From Patescibacteria group bacterium (GTDB lineage: Bacteria; Patescibacteriota; Microgenomatia; UBA12405): a stretch of 64,000 bases of DNA. Location: positions 12,735 to 76,734 of the forward strand of contig WARW01000001.1 of the NCBI GenBank assembly GCA_013387215.1, read 5' to 3'. Below the pieces are notes generated by a model. It saw only the letters and a program-made list of their open reading frames with translations, did no database searches and had not been told where the DNA came from. A program made the translations under genes and the position numbers. Shown one piece after another: positions 19,983-29,041 of this stretch; position 1 is the first letter of the stretch; each line of letters starts with the position of its first letter.

Positions 19983-20722
19983 TACTTAATTCTACTCGTT
20001 ATTTGGCAATTATTAGTAAAACAGCCATAACCAATCTCATCACATTTCACTTTTATTCTTTTCCAATCTTCATCTTTATTTATTAAAGCTAAAACACTTG
20101 GATAAATTAAATTATTTTCCTTATATATGTGATAGCTCATTTTTTTAACGATTTGATCGGTTAAAATTCCAAAATTTTTCTTAAACTTATCAAACTCTTG
20201 GCTGATATTAGATTCGATTAATTCCAAAAGTTTATCCTTGTTTTCCCTCATTTTTTTATGCTCCTCTTCCATGATTTTCAATTTGTAGAAAGTGGCGATT
20301 TGTTTAAATTCCTCAAAAATAACCAATTCTTCTCTTAAATCATGAGTATTTGTTTCTTTTAATTTCATAACCACATTATTTAAAGTCGTCTTAAGGCCTT
20401 TGCTCATATTCTCATAAGTTTTTGTGTTTTGGACTTTTTCATTTACCAATTCAAGTTCATCCAAAAGATACATCATTTCTTCGTGTTCCAGGGCTAAAGT
20501 TTTGATCGGATGTTCTTCTGGCAGATCGGTAAATATTTCATTCATCCTGTCGCTTAAAGTGTTGATGTGGGCTGCATGCAGACTGTCCAGATCATCTTCT
20601 CCCAGTTTCCCCAAATCCGCTTCAATTTTCTTTAAAAGTTTTGAGTCCAGCTTCTGTTTGCTGGTAAATTTATTTAATTTGTCTACTAATTTTTTTAAGT
20701 CGTTTAAATTTAGTTTTATCAT
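19982..20722 (-). CDS. Hemerythrin-domain protein
   Basis: HPI..L..EH, HDLREE, EEH, HIYKEN motifs. Confidence 0.85.
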   Translation of the reverse strand: MIKLNLNDLKKLVDKLNKFTSKQKLDSKLLKKIEADLGKLGEDDLDSLHAAHINTLSDRMNEIFTDLPEEHPIKTLALEHEEMMYLLDELELVNEKVQNTKTYENMSKGLKTTLNNVVMKLKETNTHDLREELVIFEEFKQIATFYKLKIMEEEHKKMRENKDKLLELIESNISQEFDKFKKNFGILTDQIVKKMSYHIYKENNLIYPSVLALINKDEDWKRIKVKCDEIGYGCFTNNCQITSRIK

Positions 20723-20726
20723 AATT

Positions 20727-21125
20727 TTATTGGTTCATCATTCTTTCTAATGTTGTATTTTTAAGCGTCACGTCGATTTCGTTTTCCAAAGTTTTAATTA
20801 TATTTTTCATATAACATTTCTTTGGGTTGCAGTAGAGTGCCTTGCCGTTAAAGCACTTCATCAATTTGGTTTCTCCCTGAATTGAATCCATGATTTGAAA
20901 TAAAGTCACTTCTTGGGGCTGCTTTATCAACTTAAATCCGCCAGTTGGTCCAAACTTGGAGTCAATAATTTTATCCTTCGCTAATTTTTGAAAAATCTTT
21001 GACAAGAGACTAATTGATAATCCCAATTTATTGGCTAAATTCTTGACATCAGTATATTCTTCTTTTTGATTAGCCAACCCAATTAATCCCAAAACAGCGT
21101 ACTCAGTTTCTTTCGTTATGATCAT
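20727..21125 (-). CDS. Rrf2-family transcriptional regulator
   Basis: TEYAV, LSKIFQKL, GPTGGF, three Cys. Confidence 0.92.
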   Translation of the reverse strand: MIITKETEYAVLGLIGLANQKEEYTDVKNLANKLGLSISLLSKIFQKLAKDKIIDSKFGPTGGFKLIKQPQEVTLFQIMDSIQGETKLMKCFNGKALYCNPKKCYMKNIIKTLENEIDVTLKNTTLERMMNQ

Positions 21126-21139
21126 ATATTTTTTAAATA

Positions 21140-21182
21140 AATAATCTAAGAGTAATTTACTCCTAGATTATTAACGAGTCAA
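21140..21182 (-). promoter_or_regulatory. Palindromic operator overlapping promoter of the Rrf2 operon
   Basis: AATAATCTAAGAGTAA-T-TTACTCCTAGATTATT (15/16 match); TTGACT-17-TAAATT on minus strand. Confidence 0.7.
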
Positions 21183-21205
21183 GAGCTTAGTTATCTTTAA
21201 AACAA

Positions 21206-22351
21206 TTACTCTCTAATCGCTTGGGCAATCACACTAACCACACCTCGATCCAAAGGACTTGGCAAAATAAAATCGACTGTTAGTTCATTTTCTTTAACGT
21301 AATTTGCCAAAGCCACAGCGGCCGCTAGTTTCATTTTATCCGTTATCTTTCTGACCTTGTTGTCCAAAGCACCTCGAAAAACTCCCGGGAAAGCCAAGAC
21401 ATTGTTAATTTGATTTGGATGATCGCTTCTGCCCGTGCCCACAATAAAAGCTCCCGCTGACTTTGCCATTACTGGATCAATTTCAGGAATCGGATTTGCC
21501 ATGGCAAAAATAATTGGCTTTTCCGCCATCGAATTAACCATTTCCTCAGTGGCCACATTTGGCCCGCTGACCCCAATAAAAACATTTCGATTTTTCATTG
21601 CCGTTGCCAAATCTCCGCTCAAATTTTCCTTATTAGTAAATTCCAAAAATTCTTTTTTCTCGTTATTCAAATCAGTTCTGTCTTTGCTGATTATTCCTTT
21701 TGAATCGACCACAATTAAATCTTCAAAACCATACGCACACAAAAGTTTTGTGATTGCCGTTCCGGCTGCTCCCGCTCCGCACACCACAATTTTTGTATCT
21801 TTTGGTATCTTATTTGCCAATTTACAGGCATTAATCAATGCCGCTAAAACTACAATTGCCGTCCCGTGTTGATCGTCATGCATGACAGGGATATTCAAAA
21901 TTTCTTTTAATTTATTTTCAATATAAAAACATTTTGGTGCCGAAAAATCTTCCAAATTAATTCCGCCCAACCCTGGCGCAATATTTTTGACAATATTAAT
22001 AATTTCATCTGGGTCTTGAGTGTCCAAAACAATAGGGAAGGCGTCAACATTTCCAAACTCTTTAAACAATAAAGCTTTTCCTTCCATAACAGGAAGCGCT
22101 CCGTATGGCCCGATATTCCCGAGTCCCAAAACCGCCGATCCGTCCGAAACCACCGCTACCGTGTTACTTTTAATTGAATATTCGGAAGCTAGTTCTGGGT
22201 GTTGTCCCAAAAGTGTCGACACTGCCGCCACCCCAGGGGTGTATGCCACGCTCAAATCTTCTTTTGTTTTCAGTTCTTCAAATTTGCTTGCGATTGCAAT
22301 TTTACCTTTAAATTGTTTGTGTTTTTCGAGTGAAGTTTGAGAGTAATCCAT
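21206..22351 (-). CDS. NAD(P)-dependent malic enzyme
   Basis: AYTPGVA, VMEGKA, INLED, HDDQHGTA, GAGAAG, NQINN. Confidence 0.95.
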   Translation of the reverse strand: MDYSQTSLEKHKQFKGKIAIASKFEELKTKEDLSVAYTPGVAAVSTLLGQHPELASEYSIKSNTVAVVSDGSAVLGLGNIGPYGALPVMEGKALLFKEFGNVDAFPIVLDTQDPDEIINIVKNIAPGLGGINLEDFSAPKCFYIENKLKEILNIPVMHDDQHGTAIVVLAALINACKLANKIPKDTKIVVCGAGAAGTAITKLLCAYGFEDLIVVDSKGIISKDRTDLNNEKKEFLEFTNKENLSGDLATAMKNRNVFIGVSGPNVATEEMVNSMAEKPIIFAMANPIPEIDPVMAKSAGAFIVGTGRSDHPNQINNVLAFPGVFRGALDNKVRKITDKMKLAAAVALANYVKENELTVDFILPSPLDRGVVSVIAQAIRE

Positions 22352-22380
22352 AATTGATTATACCTATTATTAATATTGCT

Positions 22381-24714
22381 TCATGGGTGAATTGGAACTG
22401 TACTAGAACCATTATTTTCAGTTTTTAATGGTTCCTCTAAAATTTTGTAATGTTCAGGGAATGTTACTTCTATCATTTCAAGAAGATATTTTATAATTTT
22501 CTGAGATTCAGGTATTAAACAAGGGTCAAATCCTTTACCTGTTATATGAGATTGGTCATTTACAAATTTATAAATAGCAGTAAGTTTGTTTTCGTCATTA
22601 AATTTATCTTTTAATGTTTCAAGTTTTTTGTACATATTATCATTGTTTGGAACTCTAAACATTAAAAAAGTATCAAGTAGTTTTCTTGCTATATTTGGTA
22701 AGTTATAAACAGAGGCGATCGTCCCATCTGATTTAAAAGTGTAAAGAGTTTTAAACAAATAAGTATATTCTGTCTCATGATCCTTTAAATCCTTATCTAA
22801 AATTGAAATGTAAGCAACCCGTCCCAGAGTAGAATCAGAATTATTAACCATATAATAACTCTTTGACCCTTGAACATTTGAGTTTTTCAACCAGTTTAAT
22901 AACAATCTCAAAAAATCAAAATTATGAGTTAATAAAAATACTTGGTGTGCATCTTTTACTGCATTTTTAAGGAAAGAAAAAGCTTGAAACAAAGAATTGG
23001 AATCTAGACTGGAAATTGGATCATCTATAACCACAATTCCATTTGATACATCAAAACTTTGATCTTTTAAATGAATTATAAAATAAACAAAAGCTATAGC
23101 GGTTTTTTCACCTTCACTTAAATATTTTGCAATTTGTCCATTTCTTTTAATTAAATATCCATCGTCAATTTCTTTTTGAATTCCGTTTTCTATTATTTTT
23201 CTAGTGCTCGGTTCAAATATTAGCTCATTTCTACCTAAATATATTTCTAGAAATTTATTGATTTCGTTACAAGCCTTATAAGAAGATGATATTAGGTTTC
23301 TATTGGTATCAATTCTTTCTTTTAGCTTTAAAACACCTATGTTATTTGGAATATTTTCATCACCATTGTTTAATATTGTTATCTCTGCATAGTAATCATT
23401 TATTTTGGAAGATATCTTATTAATATCATTATAGATAGAACTTAAATAATGAGTTTCTAATAATTTCTGTGCAGATTCTTTATTTAGCTTAAAGTTTTTA
23501 GTTTTATCATTGTGTTTGTTTATCTCGTCGTTTATTTTTTTTATCGACTCTGTATATTCAACAGTATTAATATCCATTTCAAATTTAATTAATTCTGCAG
23601 TCTTAGTTTTTTTACTTTTTAAAATTTCAATAATTTTATCTAAGTTATCTAATAAATTTTGTTTTTCAGTTTCATATAATTTTACTGATGACTGATAAGA
23701 AACTTGTAGTTCATCATATAAATTAGCCTTATCAATAGCCCTGATTTGATTTAATGAGTACTGAATATTAAGGATACGTTCTATTAAACCGTCTATCTTA
23801 CTTTTAAGTTCTAAATCTGCCTCATTAAAATATTTTGACAATTCTTTTACTCGTTCTTCCAATAAAGGTTGAGAACAAAACTCACACACTTTTGAATGGT
23901 GAATTTTGTGTAGCTCTATTCCTTTTTCAACCCATACTGACAAATCATTATTGATTCTTAGTCTTTCGATAATGATAGTATCAATTTTTGTTAAACATAT
24001 TTTTTTTGCATCTTCAAATATTTCTTTTAAAACATTTGCTAGTGTGATAGGTTTATTTTCTAGGTCGATCCATTTTATTTCCTTTAATTCTTCTAGGCAA
24101 TTTTTTTCTAGTTGTTTTAAAGTTAACAAATGAATTTTCAACTCTTTTTCAGTTAAAATTTTTGGTTCTTTTATTAATTCAAAGGATTTTTCCGCATCAG
24201 GTTTTCTATAGTTTCTACTTAATAGTCCTCCAGTATTTATACTAATTAAAGACGCAATGTCAGTAAACATTTTTCCTTTTTGTTTTTCTAAATCCAATAT
24301 TTTAGTATTATCTTCATTAATCTTTGCAGATTTTTCATTTAGTAATTTTTCATCAATATCAATTTGTTCAGCAATTAATTTATTTTCTTCACCAAGTATA
24401 TATATTGATTTAGCCCTTCCTGTAAGAACTTGGATGTTATTAGTTATATAGTCTTGATTAAAAACTCTAACTAATTGAGGAAATTTAGAACCATTCTTAA
24501 AAGTACCAATATCTGTTTCAATCTCATATTCTAAGTTAGGAAATTTTTGAGAGTATCCATTTTCTAAAGACTCAAAAAGGTTGGTTAATGTAGTTTTTCC
24601 GCTGCCATTCCATCCATAAAATAAATTGTATTTACTAAATTCTGGTAATGTTGAATTAACCAGATAGTCAGAAAATATTCCTAAGCCTTTTATCTTTTTT
24701 ATTTTTTTAATCAC
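22381..24714 (-). CDS. RloC-like ABC/SMC ATPase with zinc hook and C-terminal HEPN-like nuclease
   Basis: GWNGSGKT, coiled coil with CEFC hook, LSEGE, IDDPISSLD, LTHN, NIARKLL...NDQSH. Confidence 0.8.
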   Translation of the reverse strand: MIKKIKKIKGLGIFSDYLVNSTLPEFSKYNLFYGWNGSGKTTLTNLFESLENGYSQKFPNLEYEIETDIGTFKNGSKFPQLVRVFNQDYITNNIQVLTGRAKSIYILGEENKLIAEQIDIDEKLLNEKSAKINEDNTKILDLEKQKGKMFTDIASLISINTGGLLSRNYRKPDAEKSFELIKEPKILTEKELKIHLLTLKQLEKNCLEELKEIKWIDLENKPITLANVLKEIFEDAKKICLTKIDTIIIERLRINNDLSVWVEKGIELHKIHHSKVCEFCSQPLLEERVKELSKYFNEADLELKSKIDGLIERILNIQYSLNQIRAIDKANLYDELQVSYQSSVKLYETEKQNLLDNLDKIIEILKSKKTKTAELIKFEMDINTVEYTESIKKINDEINKHNDKTKNFKLNKESAQKLLETHYLSSIYNDINKISSKINDYYAEITILNNGDENIPNNIGVLKLKERIDTNRNLISSSYKACNEINKFLEIYLGRNELIFEPSTRKIIENGIQKEIDDGYLIKRNGQIAKYLSEGEKTAIAFVYFIIHLKDQSFDVSNGIVVIDDPISSLDSNSLFQAFSFLKNAVKDAHQVFLLTHNFDFLRLLLNWLKNSNVQGSKSYYMVNNSDSTLGRVAYISILDKDLKDHETEYTYLFKTLYTFKSDGTIASVYNLPNIARKLLDTFLMFRVPNNDNMYKKLETLKDKFNDENKLTAIYKFVNDQSHITGKGFDPCLIPESQKIIKYLLEMIEVTFPEHYKILEEPLKTENNGSSTVPIHP

Positions 24715-24854
24715 AGTAATTCAATAATAATTATTTTTCACAAAAGTATCTCATATTTAAAAATAATAAATACAAGGAAAAATACGCCAAAGTTGTTCAT
24801 TTTTTGTTCATAATTCAGTGATATACAAAATATAAATTACAAATTAAATATACT

Positions 24855-25175
24855 GTGGTTAATATAAAAAAGTTTAAATGTGATCTGTGTGATAAAGAGA
24901 TAGAAATAAATTTCCTCGGAGATATGGAAAATTTTAATAAAGACCCAAAACTTTTAGAAGAATTAATAGATAAAGGAAAACATTATCATTGGATTTATAA
25001 TCATAGAAGATGTGCAATTTGTGGAAAATTAATAGAGTCTGAAGATTTAGATTTAATCAAAAATCAGCATGGAATTCGGATAAGTGAGAATTATATAAAA
25101 GAGACATTGCCAAAAGAAAGTAATGGTGAATTGCTCATTATACATAAAAAATGCTTTAAAAATCGGTCTAAATAA
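24855..25175 (+). CDS. Hypothetical zinc-binding protein
   Basis: CDLC, H..H...H, CAICG, HKKC. Confidence 0.6.
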   Translation: MVNIKKFKCDLCDKEIEINFLGDMENFNKDPKLLEELIDKGKHYHWIYNHRRCAICGKLIESEDLDLIKNQHGIRISENYIKETLPKESNGELLIIHKKCFKNRSK

Positions 25176-25203
25176 TAAAGTTAAAAAATAACTTTAATAA
25201 GAT

Positions 25204-25539
25204 TTACATTCTTCTCCACACCACCAACGCCAATCCAATCACAAAAATAATCGAAAAAATCGTTTTATTATTTCTAGCCACAAATTTTGGCAGGAAAATA
25301 TCAAATCCATCCTCATGATTTTTCGTATATTTATAAGCCACCAAAGTCAGAGGGCAGTGCCATTTGAAAAACAGCAAAACTAAAGATTCTCCTAAAATTG
25401 TCGCAATTGAAATATAAACCAAAAGATTTTGAATATTAAAAATTCCGGCGATCAAAATATAAACAATCATTGAAGCCATCACTGCCCAAATAGAAGTGTG
25501 CAGAATTTTTATTAACAACAGCTTTGTTTTAATATTCAT
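25204..25539 (-). CDS. Small membrane protein
   Basis: Three TMs, WHCPLT and FDIFLP motifs. Confidence 0.75.
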   Translation of the reverse strand: MNIKTKLLLIKILHTSIWAVMASMIVYILIAGIFNIQNLLVYISIATILGESLVLLFFKWHCPLTLVAYKYTKNHEDGFDIFLPKFVARNNKTIFSIIFVIGLALVVWRRM

Positions 25540-25578
25540 TTTTCTGAAAAATTAAATAAATAATTTAATAATTCGATA

Positions 25579-26442
25579 TTAAATTTCGTATTCTAGGGCC
25601 AATATCTTGAAACAAGTACCATATCTGGTCCCAACTCCAAATTGTTTTTTTACCGTACTATCGCCCATTTCCACAATAGGCATTATTACACCAAACTCTT
25701 CTTGTGAATTAAAATCTTTTTGACCGTCTGAATTTTCAATGGCATATTTTATAGAAGGATTTAATATAACTTTTCTACCCTTTGGGTCAGGAACTCTTGG
25801 AGCAATAGAAATTGTCATTTCTGTTTTTAAATCTGGTGTGTCACTCAACCAATCTTGTACTTGGCTTTTATTATCTTTATTGTATAAACGAATTGTCTTT
25901 AAATCACTATCAAAAACACTTAATCGATAATATGGTTGTGGGGCTAAACCAAATTTATATGACCCATATGTTAAGGCTAATGTAGGTGGTTTTTTGTTGT
26001 CAGGTTTAATTTGTACGCGAATTTTTAAGTTTGTTAATTGGGCAGGAAATTCTTCTTTTGTCCACATACTCCAAAATTCAAAGTTTTTTACAGTCGGACA
26101 ATAAAAGCCATCATTATCCATTCTAAAATTATCAATTATCCAATTCTTTTCATTAAAACTAGCCTTTACACCTTCTAAATTTTTTGGACCAGGTGTTTCT
26201 GGCGTACCAAGCACTTGGGGATTATTTGGACAAAATTGTTGTATTATCTGAGTTTGGTTTGAAACGAAAGCAGTAAATTTTTTTTCCAAATCTTTACTAT
26301 TCCAGTAATGAGCTAATATTATTAATCCAATAATAGGTATGTAATAAACAAAAATATAAAATAAAATCGTTTTAACCCAACCATACTTTTTTATGGAATT
26401 TTGAACCTCCTCTATTTTTGGCATTTGTAAATTGTCCACCAT
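25579..26442 (-). CDS. Membrane-anchored hypothetical protein
   Basis: N-terminal TM, beta-rich C-terminal domain. Confidence 0.7.
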   Translation of the reverse strand: MVDNLQMPKIEEVQNSIKKYGWVKTILFYIFVYYIPIIGLIILAHYWNSKDLEKKFTAFVSNQTQIIQQFCPNNPQVLGTPETPGPKNLEGVKASFNEKNWIIDNFRMDNDGFYCPTVKNFEFWSMWTKEEFPAQLTNLKIRVQIKPDNKKPPTLALTYGSYKFGLAPQPYYRLSVFDSDLKTIRLYNKDNKSQVQDWLSDTPDLKTEMTISIAPRVPDPKGRKVILNPSIKYAIENSDGQKDFNSQEEFGVIMPIVEMGDSTVKKQFGVGTRYGTCFKILALEYEI

Positions 26443-26734
26443 TAATATAACTATATCTTATAAAATATTCTATTAACACCGACTGTTCATAATTGATACA
26501 ATAAATATCATTTAAATATATTACAAGTTATATTTTATTAAACACCAAAAAAATCCCCTCAATATAATTCCTGTCTTACGATACAAAATACCAAAGGACA
26601 ACAGAAATAGAATCAATAATATTTTGCGATTTAATCGATATTCAGTTTCTCAATGATTTCTATAACTTTATTAACAACAACTTTATCAATTTATTCATTA
26701 AATTATTGTAAATTATATATTTTTAAATTTTTCC

Positions 26735-26788
26735 AAAAAAATACCCGTCAAATATTTTGTCCGAAGACAAAACACCCAAACGGGTTTT
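26735..26788 (-). terminator. Probable intrinsic terminator (long bulged hairpin)
   Basis: ACCCGT...ACGGGT stem with inner TTTTGTC/GACAAAA stem and U-tract on minus strand. Confidence 0.55.
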
Positions 26789-26796
26789 CAAAAATT

Positions 26797-27240
26797 TCAA
26801 GAGTTTTCAATTTTCAGTTTTTTGATGGTTCTTTCCACCGCATCGGCCACCTTATCAACGTAAGAGAAAAACTTCTCATTTTCATTGAAAGTTGCATCCT
26901 GCAATCCTTCATCCACATATTGTCTTAATAATGGATTGGAAGTTGTTTTATCAAGCAATATTGGTCCACCGATCATGGCGATTGGATAAACATCAATTAA
27001 AGCTGTTTTTGTTGTCACCCAGGAATGTCTGTATGGTCCATAAACAAAATGTCCATCATGGACGGTCACTGGAAAAAATCTGGCAATGGCTCGGGCCAGC
27101 ATATGGCAGGAGACCAAAACTGGAATATTTCTGGCATCCAACCCTAAATTAACTTCCGGCATTTCCCAGATTACCTTTTGGATATTTGCAAAAAGTTTCT
27201 GGTCTTCTTGGTTAACCAATTTACATGCGTATGGTTTCAT
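26797..27240 (-). CDS. Hypothetical protein, possibly papain/transglutaminase-like fold
   Basis: ATG 27240 after GAGGAGG; SCH...HSW...IDVY Cys-His-Asp pattern. Confidence 0.6.
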   Translation of the reverse strand: MKPYACKLVNQEDQKLFANIQKVIWEMPEVNLGLDARNIPVLVSCHMLARAIARFFPVTVHDGHFVYGPYRHSWVTTKTALIDVYPIAMIGGPILLDKTTSNPLLRQYVDEGLQDATFNENEKFFSYVDKVADAVERTIKKLKIENS

Positions 27241-27440
27241 CGCATCTACCTCCTCAAATTTTTGATTATCAAAGTACAATCTTGTTTAAAATTATTTTTA
27301 GAGATTTTTCTAAAACCTTCTTAAACAGGAATGCCGTATTATACACCAAATTAAAAATAATGATCAAAAAAAAGCCCCGATTTGTATTTATTGTTTTTTA
27401 CAATAAAACCGCGATCGGAGCAGTCAATTTTAAAAGAGAT

Positions 27441-28235
27441 CTAAATGAATTCCTGATTCTGCAAACTTCCTAAAAGTTTATATACTGCCTCCTCGTACAG
27501 GGGATGATCATCACCCAACGTCTTCATTCTGGTAATAAATTCTTGGGTTTCTTCCTCAGTCGGAATTTCACATTTTGTCACATTCCTGTCATATGGAAAA
27601 TAAATTCTATTGGCTGAATCTTCGGTAAGCTTCAAAGCATTTTCCGGGCAGCCCTCAAACTCGACAAGAAATTGTCCCAAAAGTTTGGTTGTTCCTTCAA
27701 CAGGGCCGGGTATTAAAGACTTAATGTAATACAATTCCTGTTGTCCTTCTTGGGCGTTTTTAATATACCCGTAAGCATTTGTGCCTCTGGCGCTCAAAGT
27801 TACTTTAATAATTGCATTGTCTTTTGGTAATTTGACCTCTTCAATCTCTAAACTTTCCTCTGGAGCGCTTCTTTGTTTGTCTACGTCTAAAAGTATTTTT
27901 TCGATTAATTCCTTATACTGGGGATTATATTCTTCCATTGTTTCCATATGGCTCACAAATTCGCCGATTTCCTTTTTTGTTGGTTGGCTGTAAAACTTTA
28001 CTCTGGAATCTCCGGGGAAATAAACTCGATTTGTGCTGCCTGGTGCCAGCTTTAAAGCTAGCTCTGGGCACTCAATAAACTCGTGTAAAAACTGTCCTAA
28101 AAGCATGGTTTCTTGGGTAATCGAACCCTCACGTACTTGGTCAATAAAATAAGCTTCTTTCCGATCCCTCATTGTTAAAACCACCAATGTTCTTTGCTTT
28201 GGTATAAACGGATTTTTCCTTACCATTTTATCCAT
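27441..28235 (-). CDS. Hypothetical protein with two tandem homologous domains
   Basis: LLGQFL.EF..CPE.ALKL....NR.YFP occurs twice; SD AAAGGAG. Confidence 0.75.
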   Translation of the reverse strand: MDKMVRKNPFIPKQRTLVVLTMRDRKEAYFIDQVREGSITQETMLLGQFLHEFIECPELALKLAPGSTNRVYFPGDSRVKFYSQPTKKEIGEFVSHMETMEEYNPQYKELIEKILLDVDKQRSAPEESLEIEEVKLPKDNAIIKVTLSARGTNAYGYIKNAQEGQQELYYIKSLIPGPVEGTTKLLGQFLVEFEGCPENALKLTEDSANRIYFPYDRNVTKCEIPTEEETQEFITRMKTLGDDHPLYEEAVYKLLGSLQNQEFI

Positions 28236-28406
28236 TCAAATATCTCCTTTCATTTTAAAAGTGCTGACCTCAATTTTTGCTTTCAAAAATCGTTTCCTTT
28301 TAAGGAATGCCGTATTATACATCAAAAAAAAGCCCCAAAAACTAATTGTAAAAATACAATTAATTGTTCAGGGCTAATGCTGCAATTAAAAAGAGAAACC
28401 GTTCAA

Positions 28407-28853
28407 TTAAATTAATGACAAAGTTTTATTTTCGCAGTCAATAAGCCAGGCTCTGCCTTTATCAATCATATGCGATTGTAAACCGATGCCGAATTCTTCT
28501 TTGGAAAAATAATAGGGAAATCCTTCCGCAAGTCCGCAATGAGTCACCAACACCAGCACTTCAGTTTCGTTGGCATATTCTCTGACCAGTTTCAGTGTAC
28601 TTGGGAAATCATCTTCAGGGCTTAAGTCCGCCAATAAAGTACTTTTCTCTTCAATATCACATCCGGTAAATAGACCGATAATTAAAGCAGTTTCTTTGGT
28701 TCGGATAGACGGTGAGCAGAGTATCGTTATTTTTTTATCCTGTTCGAGCGCTAATATTTTATCTGCCAGTGCCATAACTTTAAGTTTTCCATCATTGCTC
28801 AAATGTCCATTTTCTTGAAAATCACCATGTCTCGCAACTATTAAATACTTCAT
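28407..28853 (-). CDS. Histidine phosphatase family (SixA-like)
   Basis: RHG, SPSIRT.ETA, LVTH; ATG 28853 after AAAGGAG. Confidence 0.85.
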   Translation of the reverse strand: MKYLIVARHGDFQENGHLSNDGKLKVMALADKILALEQDKKITILCSPSIRTKETALIIGLFTGCDIEEKSTLLADLSPEDDFPSTLKLVREYANETEVLVLVTHCGLAEGFPYYFSKEEFGIGLQSHMIDKGRAWLIDCENKTLSLI

Positions 28854-29041
28854 AACCCATTCTCCTTTCAGTTTTGCCTCTCTTTTTATTGTCAAAGATC
28901 TCTTTCTAATCTAAAAATAATATTTTAGAGTTTTTTCTAAAACTATCTTTAAAAAGATTATCGGTATTATACACCAAATTGTTTGATATTGCCGAGATTA
29001 TAGGATATAATAACGAACTTAAATAAGCTTACACAGCATTT

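Noticed and set aside
26443-26740. Possible gene in the AT-rich gap (ORF 26653-26928)
   Set aside because: Low-complexity, overlaps a terminator and the neighbouring gene, no start signal
26735-28400. Bulged hairpins between cassettes as integron attC sites
   Set aside because: No RYYYAAC/GTTRRRY ends, U-tracts fit terminators, and no integron integrase in the window
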